Of a stretch of 64,000 nt of DNA, positions 1-8,437 are shown one piece after another; position 1 is the stretch's first letter; every line of letters begins with the position of its first letter. The DNA lies in the NCBI GenBank assembly GCA_964635565.1, contig CAZWON010000001.1, positions 7,020-71,019 of the forward strand. Direction: 5' to 3'. The stretch is from an uncultured Planctomycetia bacterium. Its GTDB lineage: Bacteria > Omnitrophota > Gorgyraeia > Duberdicusellales > 4484-171. Below the pieces are notes generated by a model. That model was not told the DNA's origin. It made no database searches and saw only the letters and a list, made by a program, of their open reading frames with translations. The position numbers and the translations under genes are program-made.

Positions 1-2
1 AA

Positions 3-365
3 GTTGCCGAAGTTCTGTATTCCCATTTTAAAATGCGCCTTTCTACTGTAAGTGGCATAGATAATGAAGATAATTTTGAGTTAATTTATCATTTTGGGTA
101 TGATAAAACAGGAGAAATTTTTAGCATCCGTATTTTTATTAAAAATAAAGATAATCCCAAGATTGATTCTTTAACACCGATGTTTAGGGCAGGAGAATGG
201 ATAGAAAGAGAGATTCATGAAATGTTGGGTATAGATTTTGTAGGTAATAAGAATTTAGAGCATCTTCTTTTAGACCACGATTGGCCAGAAGGTAATTATC
301 CTCTTAGAAAAAGTTGTATTTTAGAAAAGAGACCTTACCCTTTAGAAGAGAGAGATAATGAATAA
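3..365 (+). CDS. NuoC/MbhK-like (complex I 30 kDa family) hydrogenase subunit, 5'-truncated by the window edge
   Basis: Frame is open from position 3 (VAEVLYSHFK before the ATG at 33). Motifs ELIYHF, W-IEREIHEMLGIDF-G and YPLRK are typical of NuoC. Confidence 0.88.
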   Translation, partial: VAEVLYSHFKMRLSTVSGIDNEDNFELIYHFGYDKTGEIFSIRIFIKNKDNPKIDSLTPMFRAGEWIEREIHEMLGIDFVGNKNLEHLLLDHDWPEGNYPLRKSCILEKRPYPLEERDNE

Positions 366-1542
366 GAGAAAGATTGTCCCTATTGGTCCTTATCATCCTC
401 TTCAAGAGGAGCCAGAGTTTTTTAGACTTGTTGTTGAAGGGGAAAAGGTTGTAGATGTGGAAATAGAGATTGGTTATAATCATCGGGGGATTGAGAAACT
501 TTCAGAGTCAAAACATTGGGACCAGGTTACTTTTTTGGTGGAAAGAATTTGTGGAATATGTTCTACCTCTCATCCTTTTGCTTATGTTCTGGCGGTAGAG
601 GATTTATTAGGGATAGTTTGTCCAGAAAGAGGTAGTTATATAAGAATGATTATTGCAGAATTGGAACGCATTCATTCTCATCTTTTATGGTTGGGATTGG
701 CAGGACACTTTATTGGTTATAATACTGTATGGATGTGGGCTTGGCGAGCACGGGAGCCAATTTTAGACTTATTTGAACTTATAACAGGCAATCGCAACAG
801 TTATGCTATGATGAAAGTTGGTGGAGCGCGAAGAGACATAAAAGAAGAAGATTATCCTGTAATTAAAAAGACTTTAAAAGAGCTTTATAAAGAACTAAAT
901 CTTTTTAAAAAAGCAGTAGAAGACGATCCTATAATTCATAAGAGAACCAAAGGGGTAGGTATTCTTACCAAGAAAGATGCTATTTCTTTTGGCGTAGTAG
1001 GTCCTACTGCACGAGCTTCAGGAGTGGATATTGATGTCCGCCGAGACGATAGTTATGCCTGTTATGATAAAATAGATTGGGATGTGGTAGTTTTGGATGA
1101 AGGAGATGTGTATGCTAAAGTTGTTGCCCGGATTATGGAGATGTATGAGTCATGTTCAATTATTGAAAAGTCTCTTGCCAAAATACCTCAGGGAGAGATA
1201 GCTATAGAAGTTAGAGATATCCCTGAAGGCGAAGGTATAGGAAGGGTAGAAGCTCCCAGAGGTGAGTGTTTTCATTATGTGCGTAGCGACGGAACTAATC
1301 GTCCTGTCCGCCATAAGGTTAGAGCACCTTCTTTTATGAATGTTCCTACAAATTTGGTTACCGTTCCAGGATATACTATTTCGGATGCTGCAATAACTCT
1401 AGCAGCAGTAGATCCCTGTTATTGCTGTACAGAACGGAGCGCTGTCTTTTCACCAAAAGGAGAAAAAATTTTAAATGGAGAAGAATTGATAAAGCTTTCT
1501 CAAGAAAAGACACAAAGATTAAGAAATAAGATAACAAGTTGA
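358..1542 (+). CDS. Group 4 [NiFe]-hydrogenase large (catalytic) subunit
   Basis: GPYHP, HRGIEK, L1 motif ERICGIC, EAPRGE, L2 motif DPCYCCTER, then a 34-aa C-terminal extension. Confidence 0.95.
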   Translation: MNKRKIVPIGPYHPLQEEPEFFRLVVEGEKVVDVEIEIGYNHRGIEKLSESKHWDQVTFLVERICGICSTSHPFAYVLAVEDLLGIVCPERGSYIRMIIAELERIHSHLLWLGLAGHFIGYNTVWMWAWRAREPILDLFELITGNRNSYAMMKVGGARRDIKEEDYPVIKKTLKELYKELNLFKKAVEDDPIIHKRTKGVGILTKKDAISFGVVGPTARASGVDIDVRRDDSYACYDKIDWDVVVLDEGDVYAKVVARIMEMYESCSIIEKSLAKIPQGEIAIEVRDIPEGEGIGRVEAPRGECFHYVRSDGTNRPVRHKVRAPSFMNVPTNLVTVPGYTISDAAITLAAVDPCYCCTERSAVFSPKGEKILNGEELIKLSQEKTQRLRNKITS

Positions 1543-1549
1543 TGAAACT

Positions 1550-3160
1550 ATGAGTTGTTTATTCTTGGTTGATGATTTATCTAAATTCATTGGTTTTTTT
1601 GTCATACTTTTTACCTTGTTAATTTTTGTCTATTCGTTGTTTTATATCAAAAAGAATAGGTTCTCTTACTACCTATGGTTTTTTCTTACCTCATTTGTTT
1701 CACTTCTTGCTGTATTTTCCAATCATATTTTTCTTTTGCTCATCTTTTGGGGGTTTTTGGCTCTTACGTTATTTAAACTTATAAATTTTTACTCTCAAGA
1801 TAAAGTAGCTGCTGTTGCTAAAAAGACCTTTATAATCGTTGGAGGGACAGATTCCTTTCTTCTGTTAGGTTTTGTTCTTTATTTATATCTTAATTCGTCC
1901 GTATATCTTGTGGGTGAACCTCTTGTTCTTCATAACGGATTGTCTTTTTTGGCTTTTTTCCTTATAGCCTCTGCCTGCTTTGCTAAGGCAGGATGTTTTC
2001 CTTTTCATTCTTGGGTTGTTGATACTGCAGAGTATGCGCCAATTCCTGTTGTTGCTTGCCTTCCTGCTTCTTTAGATAAGCTTTTGGGTATTTATCTTTT
2101 AGCAAGAATTACTAAAAATACTTTTCTCTTAAATAATTTTGCCTGTGGAGTTTTGTTGTTTTTAGGAGCAGTTACTATTGTAGGAGCAGTTATGATGGCT
2201 TTGGTGCAACATAACGTAAAAAGGTTATTGGGATTTCATGCGGTATCCCAAGTGGGTTATATGGTTTTAGGGATGGGATGTAATTCTCCTTTAGGTTTAG
2301 CAGCTGGTTTATTTCATATGGTTAACAACGCTATTTACAAAAGTTGTTTATTTCTAGGAGCAGGTAATGTAGAGGAGAGAATGGGCACCTTAGAGCTTAA
2401 GGATTTAGGGGGATTGTATAAATTTATGCCTTTGACCTTTATTGCTATGTTGATTGCGGCTTTTTCTATTTCTGGTATTCCTCCTTTTAACGGATTTGTA
2501 TCTAAATGGATGATATATCAAGGGTTGATAGATTTTATGAATAATGTAAATTCTTTAGGGATGAAAATAATCCTTTCATTTTCGTTAGTATGTGCACTCA
2601 TTGGTTCCTCTTTAACACTTGCATCTTTCTTGAAGTTAATAGGTGGTATATTTATGGGAAAAGAGAGGAAAAAAGTAGAAGAGGTTTCTTTTGCAATGTA
2701 CTTCCCTCCTTTATTTCTTTCTTTACTATGTATTGTGTTAGGATTTTTTAGTGTCCCTTTAGTCTTTCATCATCTACGTAGCTTTACTGGTATTTTTTCT
2801 TTAATAGGGATTTGGAAGCCGGTGATGGCTACAAACTTTATTCTCATAGGAATCATTTTAGGATGGATTATTTTTAGCATCTTCTCTAAGATAAGAATTA
2901 CTGAGCGATACGTAGGAGGAGAGATGGTTGAAGAAGAAGTAAAAACAGAGGATTTCTACACTATTATTAGAGATTTAAATCCTCTAAAAAATGTATATAA
3001 TAATGCAGAGAAAGGGCGGTTTGATTTGTATGAGCAAGGGAAAAACCTTACATTTTTATTTACTAAATTTTTAAGTTATCTTCATAACGGGGTATTACCT
3101 ACTTATCTTGTTTGGTGTCTTTTAGGGGTAATGGGATTGATTTTAGTTTTTTTTAAGTAA
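1550..3160 (+). CDS. NuoL/MrpA-like antiporter subunit of the hydrogenase complex
   Basis: Polytopic membrane protein with KAG-FPFHSW, KRLLGFHAVSQVGY and GIPPFNGFVSKW motifs. Confidence 0.9.
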   Translation: MSCLFLVDDLSKFIGFFVILFTLLIFVYSLFYIKKNRFSYYLWFFLTSFVSLLAVFSNHIFLLLIFWGFLALTLFKLINFYSQDKVAAVAKKTFIIVGGTDSFLLLGFVLYLYLNSSVYLVGEPLVLHNGLSFLAFFLIASACFAKAGCFPFHSWVVDTAEYAPIPVVACLPASLDKLLGIYLLARITKNTFLLNNFACGVLLFLGAVTIVGAVMMALVQHNVKRLLGFHAVSQVGYMVLGMGCNSPLGLAAGLFHMVNNAIYKSCLFLGAGNVEERMGTLELKDLGGLYKFMPLTFIAMLIAAFSISGIPPFNGFVSKWMIYQGLIDFMNNVNSLGMKIILSFSLVCALIGSSLTLASFLKLIGGIFMGKERKKVEEVSFAMYFPPLFLSLLCIVLGFFSVPLVFHHLRSFTGIFSLIGIWKPVMATNFILIGIILGWIIFSIFSKIRITERYVGGEMVEEEVKTEDFYTIIRDLNPLKNVYNNAEKGRFDLYEQGKNLTFLFTKFLSYLHNGVLPTYLVWCLLGVMGLILVFFK

Positions 3161-3161
3161 T

Positions 3162-3710
3162 ATGTTAATGTTAGATATTCTTATTATTTTTATGATCATA
3201 GGAGCTCTAATTGCTCTTGAAGTTAAGGATTTACTTTCCAGCGTAGTGGCAGTAGGAACTGCAGGGTTAGCATTGAGCGTCTCTTTTCTTCTTTTAAAGG
3301 CTCCTGATTTAGCCCTTACTCAACTTGTAGTAGAGATATTAATTTTGGTTATTCTTATTCGTGCTACTATTAAGAAAGATTTACCTTTTTCTACTACTGG
3401 CCGGTGGTTTTTCAATACTACAGCTACTTTTGTATTTTTGGCAATTTTTTTGTATATAGGTTATGAAGCCTTAAGAGATTTGCCTAAATTTGGTCAGCCT
3501 TTAATGCGGGTAGCTCAGTTTTACTTAAAAGAAGGGTGGATGAAAACAGGAGCGGCGAATCTCGTTGCCAGTGTTGTGCTTAATTTCCGTGCTTATGATA
3601 CCTTAGGAGAAGTAACTGTGCTTTTTGCTGCTGTGGTAGGAGTATTGGCAGTGATGCGTCATAAGGGAAGGAAAGAAATAGGGGAACCTGAAGATGAAGG
3701 AGAGTTATAG
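3162..3710 (+). CDS. MbhD/MbhE-like subunit (DUF4040 + MrpA C-terminal/MnhB-related part)
   Basis: APDLALTQLVVE and N-V-SVVLNFRAYDTLGE motifs. Confidence 0.85.
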   Translation: MLMLDILIIFMIIGALIALEVKDLLSSVVAVGTAGLALSVSFLLLKAPDLALTQLVVEILILVILIRATIKKDLPFSTTGRWFFNTTATFVFLAIFLYIGYEALRDLPKFGQPLMRVAQFYLKEGWMKTGAANLVASVVLNFRAYDTLGEVTVLFAAVVGVLAVMRHKGRKEIGEPEDEGEL

Positions 3711-4149
3711 CAAGCAGTCAGGAATGACTCTTATTGTAAAGGTAATTACGCGCCTTACTGTAGGATTGATTCTTCTTTATGGTATTTATATTGCTCTCCA
3801 TGGTCATTTAAGTCCAGGGGGAGGATTTGCAGGAGGTGTTATCATTGTTCTTTCTTTTATTCATCTTATGCTTGCTTTTGGCAGGGAGGAAGCTTTTAGA
3901 CGTATTTCTAAACGGTTTGTATCACTTTTTGAAGGTTTAGGAGGATTATTGTTCCTTATAATTGCTATTTTAGGCTATAAGGCAGGTTATTTCTTCTATG
4001 ATTGGATTATTTTTAAAGGTAAACCATTTAGCCTTTTTTCTGCAGGAACTATTCCTCTTTCTTATTCAGCTATTGGACTTAAGGTTGCCTTTGGGCTTTT
4101 TGCTATATTTTTGGCTTTAATTACTCTTAAATTTAAGGTGAAAAAATGA
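3694..4149 (+). CDS. MnhB/MbhF-like antiporter subunit
   Basis: HGHLSPGGGFAGG motif; four hydrophobic segments. Confidence 0.9.
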   Translation: MKESYSKQSGMTLIVKVITRLTVGLILLYGIYIALHGHLSPGGGFAGGVIIVLSFIHLMLAFGREEAFRRISKRFVSLFEGLGGLLFLIIAILGYKAGYFFYDWIIFKGKPFSLFSAGTIPLSYSAIGLKVAFGLFAIFLALITLKFKVKK

Positions 4150-4484
4150 GTCCTTATATATTATGTTTTCTACTTTTTTCTGTTGGTATTTACGGAATAC
4201 TGCGAAAGAGAAATATTATTAAGATAATTATTGGCACAGTGATTTGTGAATACGCAGTGAATTTGTTTCTTATTATATTTGGCTATCGTATGGGAGGGCA
4301 TGCTCCCATTTATTCACCCGATAAAGATATAAATAATATGGTTGACCCTCTTGTTCAGGCGCTGGTTCTAACTGCAATTGTTATCGGTTTAGCAACTACT
4401 GCTTTGGTTGTCGCAGTAGCCATTAGAATTTATGAGAAATATGGCACATTTGATATTACTAAAATACGGAAGTTGAAAGGATAA
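4146..4484 (+). CDS. MnhC/MbhG-like antiporter subunit
   Basis: DPLVQALVLTAIVIG signature. Confidence 0.92.
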   Translation: MSPYILCFLLFSVGIYGILRKRNIIKIIIGTVICEYAVNLFLIIFGYRMGGHAPIYSPDKDINNMVDPLVQALVLTAIVIGLATTALVVAVAIRIYEKYGTFDITKIRKLKG

Positions 4485-4485
4485 G

Positions 4486-5979
4486 ATGTTACCATTATTT
4501 GTTGTTGTACCTTTAGCAGCGGCGTTTCTTATTGTAATTTTAGCTAAGCGTTTTGAATTTCTTTCTGATTTTTTATCTAATTTAGCAACTGGTTTTTCTT
4601 TCATTCTCTCATGTGTTCTTTTATTCATCTTATCCCATTCTTCTTTAAAGGTAATGGTATATAAAGTAGGAGGATGGTTGCCTCCTTTTGGTGTAGATTT
4701 AGTAATTGACGGTTTTTCTTCTTTTATGCTCGTTACTATTAATATTGTAGCTTTTATGTTGAATATTTTTTGTATAAGTTATATGAGAAAATATAGTGCT
4801 AAATGGAAATTTTATACCTTATTTTTACTTATGTTAGTAGGAATGAATGGTATTGTTATAAGTGGGGATATTTTTAATATGTTTGTTTTCTTAGAGATAG
4901 CTTCTGTAGCAAGTTTTGCCTTAGTTGCTTATGGTGTAGAAGCAGAGGAGCTTGAGGCAGCATTTAAGTATATCATAATGAGCGCTGTTGCATCTTCTTT
5001 TATTCTTTTGGGTATAGCATTTTTATATTCTTATACTTCTACTCTTAATCTTGCTGATATAGCAGGTGTTTTAGAAGCTAAAGGGCTAAGTAATGTAGTT
5101 ATCCTTGTAAATATCCTTTTTATTATGGGGTTTGGTTTAAAAGCAGCAATTGTTCCTTTTCATGCCTGGCTTCCTGATGCTCATCCTTCTGCACCTGCTC
5201 CTGTATCTTCATTTCTGTCAGGTATACTTATAAAAGCATTGGGAGTTTATGTTCTTATAAGGATTTTTTACAATATTATTGGCATAAACAGAGCATTACT
5301 TGCGGTTTTTACTTTCTTAGGGGTTCTTTCTATTATGGTGGGAGTTCTTTTAGCATTGGGCCAGATGGACTTAAAGCGCCTTTTAGCATATCATTCTATA
5401 AGCCAGGTGGGTTATATTATCTTAGGTTTAGGGTTAGGCACACCTTTAGGAATTTTAGGAGGGCTGTTTCATCTTTTTAATCACTCTATATTTAAATCTT
5501 TGCTCTTTCTTAATTCAGGAGCAGTTGAGTATTCTTTAGGCACACGGAATCTTGAAGAAATGGGAGGATTAAGAGAAAAGATGCCTGTTACATCTTCTAC
5601 AAGTATGGCTGCTTCTATGGCTATTTCAGGAGTTCCTCCTTTTAATGGTTTTTGGAGTAAGTTAATTATAATTGTTGCCTGTATACAGGTGCATAAAATT
5701 GGATTAGCATTCTGGGCAGTTTTAGGGAGTATATTAACTCTTTCTTCGTTTATGAAGGTTCAGAAGTATGCTTTTTTTGGGAGTTTAAAAAAAGCATATC
5801 AGAATCTAAAAGAAGTTCCCTTTTCTATGCAGTTTGCGATGTTGGTTTTAGGGATTATCTGTGTTATAGGAGGTATATTGATTTTGCCTCATTTTGATTC
5901 TTTTTTCCTTTTTCCAGCACAGCAAGCAGTAATGAGAGGTTTGGGATATAAGGGTTTAATATATAGTGTATTGAAATGA
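4486..5979 (+). CDS. MnhD/MbhH-like antiporter subunit
   Basis: GGWLPPFG, D-FN-FVFLEI, EAAFKY, LKAAIVPFHAWLPDAH, GVPPFNGFWSK. Confidence 0.93.
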   Translation: MLPLFVVVPLAAAFLIVILAKRFEFLSDFLSNLATGFSFILSCVLLFILSHSSLKVMVYKVGGWLPPFGVDLVIDGFSSFMLVTINIVAFMLNIFCISYMRKYSAKWKFYTLFLLMLVGMNGIVISGDIFNMFVFLEIASVASFALVAYGVEAEELEAAFKYIIMSAVASSFILLGIAFLYSYTSTLNLADIAGVLEAKGLSNVVILVNILFIMGFGLKAAIVPFHAWLPDAHPSAPAPVSSFLSGILIKALGVYVLIRIFYNIIGINRALLAVFTFLGVLSIMVGVLLALGQMDLKRLLAYHSISQVGYIILGLGLGTPLGILGGLFHLFNHSIFKSLLFLNSGAVEYSLGTRNLEEMGGLREKMPVTSSTSMAASMAISGVPPFNGFWSKLIIIVACIQVHKIGLAFWAVLGSILTLSSFMKVQKYAFFGSLKKAYQNLKEVPFSMQFAMLVLGIICVIGGILILPHFDSFFLFPAQQAVMRGLGYKGLIYSVLK

Positions 5980-6470
5980 AAAGCAGATTTATTCTTTTTG
6001 TTTTGGGATTTACAGTCTGGGTTCTACTTAATTTCTCTTTAGAAACTGATAATTTAATCATAGGAGCTTTAGTTGCTTTTTTAGTTGCTTTTTTAACAGG
6101 AGATTTATTTACCCGCCGTCCCTATGCTTTTAAGCATATTGAGAGGTATTTATGGTTTTTATATTATATTCCTATTTTTGTATGGGAATGTTTTAAAGCT
6201 AATGTAGATGTTGCTTATAGAGTATTGCATCCTAAAATCCCTATTCGGCCAGGGATTGTTAAAGTGAAGACTAAGCTTAAGTCCGATACTGCCTTAACTT
6301 TTTTAGCAAATTCCATTACGCTTACTCCAGGCACCTTAACCGTAGATATTGATAGAGAAAAAGGAGTAATGTATATCCATTGGATTTATGTTCGTGCAAA
6401 GGATACCGAAGAGGCAAGTAAACGCATTGTTTATCGTTTTGAACGTATATTAGAAAAGATTTTTGATTAG
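5976..6470 (+). CDS. MnhE/MbhA-like antiporter subunit
   Basis: PGIVKV and LANSITLTPGTLT signature. Confidence 0.93.
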   Translation: MKSRFILFVLGFTVWVLLNFSLETDNLIIGALVAFLVAFLTGDLFTRRPYAFKHIERYLWFLYYIPIFVWECFKANVDVAYRVLHPKIPIRPGIVKVKTKLKSDTALTFLANSITLTPGTLTVDIDREKGVMYIHWIYVRAKDTEEASKRIVYRFERILEKIFD

Positions 6471-6471
6471 G

Positions 6472-6840
6472 ATGAGATATCTAAAGTATATTCTGGGGCT
6501 GATATTTATTGGTGCGGTATTAGGTATAATTTTATTTCATCCTTTAAAGATAATTTCCTGTAAAGACATACCTTTTGAGAATTTTTTTATGCGGGGATTA
6601 GGCATTATTACTCTAAGTGCTTTTTTATGTTTATATAGAATTTTACGGGGGCCTACTGCTTCTGATAGAATTGTGAGCATTGATATGTTGGGAATTCTTA
6701 TTGTGGGGATTTGTGCTCTTTTGACGATTACTACTAAAAGAAATTGGTATATTGATGTTGGCATTGCCTGGGCCCTGCAGAGTTTTATTTCAACTTTGGC
6801 TTTGGCAAAATTTTTGGAAGGGAAGGATTTTGATGAGTGA
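6472..6840 (+). CDS. MnhF/MbhB-like antiporter subunit with an N-terminal extension
   Basis: YRILRGPTASDRIVSID motif. ATG 6472 preferred over TTG 6463. Confidence 0.88.
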   Translation: MRYLKYILGLIFIGAVLGIILFHPLKIISCKDIPFENFFMRGLGIITLSAFLCLYRILRGPTASDRIVSIDMLGILIVGICALLTITTKRNWYIDVGIAWALQSFISTLALAKFLEGKDFDE

Positions 6841-7153
6841 TATTTTAGGTTTGATTTTTATAGCTATAGGGCTTGGTTTTGATTTCTTTGGGTGTTTAGG
6901 GCTCGTCCGTTTACCTGATGTTTATAATCGTCTCCAGGCTGCTACTAAGTGTGTAACTTTTGGGACCTGTAGTATTCTTTTTGGTACCTTTTTGATAATG
7001 GGAGTAACTCCAGCAGGGGTAAAATGTCTTTTAGCTATTCTTTTTTTAATATTGACTTCGCCTACTTCAGCGCATGCCTTAGCAAGAGCATCACATTTAG
7101 CGAGTGTTAAACTATGGAGTAGAAGCGAATGTGACTATTACGGTAAGGATTAA
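6833..7153 (+). CDS. MnhG/MbhC-like antiporter subunit
   Basis: GLVRLPDVYNRLQAATK and TSPTSAHALARA. Start moved to ATG 6833, which overlaps the previous stop. Confidence 0.92.
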   Translation: MSDILGLIFIAIGLGFDFFGCLGLVRLPDVYNRLQAATKCVTFGTCSILFGTFLIMGVTPAGVKCLLAILFLILTSPTSAHALARASHLASVKLWSRSECDYYGKD

Positions 7154-7172
7154 TTTTTTAAAGGAGTTAATA

Positions 7173-7775
7173 ATGAAGTACCCTAAGTTAAGAGAAATTA
7201 AAAAAGCATTAAGTGCCTTATTCAGTAAAGCATATACGACGTCATTTCCTTTTCGACCCCATATTCCTTTTTTATCCTTTCGGGGTAAACCCTATTTTTA
7301 TGAAAAGGATTGCATAGGATGTGGAGCGTGCGTTAATGTTTGTCCCACAGGAGCATTAAGTATGTTGGATATAAAGGATAAAAATGGGTATAAACGCATT
7401 CTTAAGATACGCTGGGATATATGTATTGAGTGCGGACAGTGCCAGCTTAATTGTTTAACAGAAAAAGGCATAATACTTTCTAATGAGTTTGATATTTCTA
7501 CTACAGAAAAAAGAGAATTGCTTTATCAAAGTATAGAAAAGAAGCTTGTTACCTGTGAAGTTTGCCACCAGCCCATTGCTCCCTATGATCAGATAATTTG
7601 GACAATAAAGAAATTAGGTCCCTTGTATACATCTAATACTTCTCTTATTGCCTTTACTCAGGAGCATATAAAGTTAAGAGAAGTTTTTTCTTTTACTGCT
7701 GAAGAGATTGGGCGAGAGGATAGGTTTCGTATTCTCTGTTCTTACTGTCGACGTAAAGCAGTAGTTACTTCATAA
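7173..7775 (+). CDS. NuoI/MbhN/HycF-like 2x[4Fe-4S] subunit
   Basis: CIGCGACVNVCP and CIECGQCQLNC, plus extra CEVC and CSYC. AAGGAG SD at 7161 precedes ATG 7173. Confidence 0.92.
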   Translation: MKYPKLREIKKALSALFSKAYTTSFPFRPHIPFLSFRGKPYFYEKDCIGCGACVNVCPTGALSMLDIKDKNGYKRILKIRWDICIECGQCQLNCLTEKGIILSNEFDISTTEKRELLYQSIEKKLVTCEVCHQPIAPYDQIIWTIKKLGPLYTSNTSLIAFTQEHIKLREVFSFTAEEIGREDRFRILCSYCRRKAVVTS

Positions 7776-7786
7776 TCTTTTTACTT

Positions 7787-8089
7787 ATGCCAATTTCTAT
7801 AAGTGAACTAATTAAAATATGCTATTCTATTGCCAGAGAGAAAGGATGGTGGGATAAACGGCGGAATGATGCTGAGCTCATTGCCCTTATGCATTCGGAG
7901 CTTTCCGAGGCGCTTGAGGTATTAAGAGAACATAAATCAAAAGAAGAATTAGCGGAAGAACTTGCTGATTGTTGTATAAGAATTTTTGATTATTGCGGAA
8001 GGAAGAAAATAGACTTAGAGAAAGCAATACTAAAGAAGATTAAAAAGAACAGAAAACGTCCCTACCGCCATGGAGATAAGAAATACTAA
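7787..8089 (+). CDS. MazG-like (all-alpha NTP pyrophosphohydrolase) family protein
   Basis: ALMHSELSEALE...EELAD..IRIFD acidic helical motifs. Confidence 0.8.
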   Translation: MPISISELIKICYSIAREKGWWDKRRNDAELIALMHSELSEALEVLREHKSKEELAEELADCCIRIFDYCGRKKIDLEKAILKKIKKNRKRPYRHGDKKY

Positions 8090-8136
8090 ATAAATAGCGC
8101 AATAGCGTATATTAAGGTGGTGGGTGAAGGGTGAGA

Positions 8137-8377
8137 AATAGCCCTTAGTTCTTAGCTGTTAGCTCATAGGAAATAGGGGTAGTGGACGGTGGTTAGTGGA
8201 TAGAGATTAGCTCGTTGTTCTTAGATAAAAGATAGCAAGAAAGATAGTTGATATTCTAGATGTGGGGTAAAAAGACTAGGGGCTAAGAACTAAGAGCTAT
8301 TACAAGCACTATGAGCTAAGAGCTATGAGCTAATATTAACAACTATGAGTGAAGAGTTAATCACTACGAGCCATAGA
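8137..8377. repeat. Inverted array of degenerate heptamer repeats
   Basis: Left arm has TAG-phased 7-mers (8139-8228); right arm has CTA-phased 7-mers (8276-8377). 8137-8156 is the reverse complement of 8282-8301 at 19/20 positions. Confidence 0.85.
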
Positions 8378-8437
8378 TTTTGATTTATGGACTACAACTG
8401 TGGAGTGTCGTGATATTGATTAAATTTAAGGTTGATT

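Noticed and set aside
358-1542. Complex I NuoD or Ehr/Mbs (non-hydrogenase) assignment
   Set aside because: Both CxxC nickel-binding motifs and a cleavable C-terminal tail are present, and a maturation protease domain is encoded nearby.
8137-8377. CRISPR array or tRNA interpretation of the repeat region
   Set aside because: Units are 7 nt, degenerate and inverted, with no unique spacers, no cas genes and no cloverleaf.
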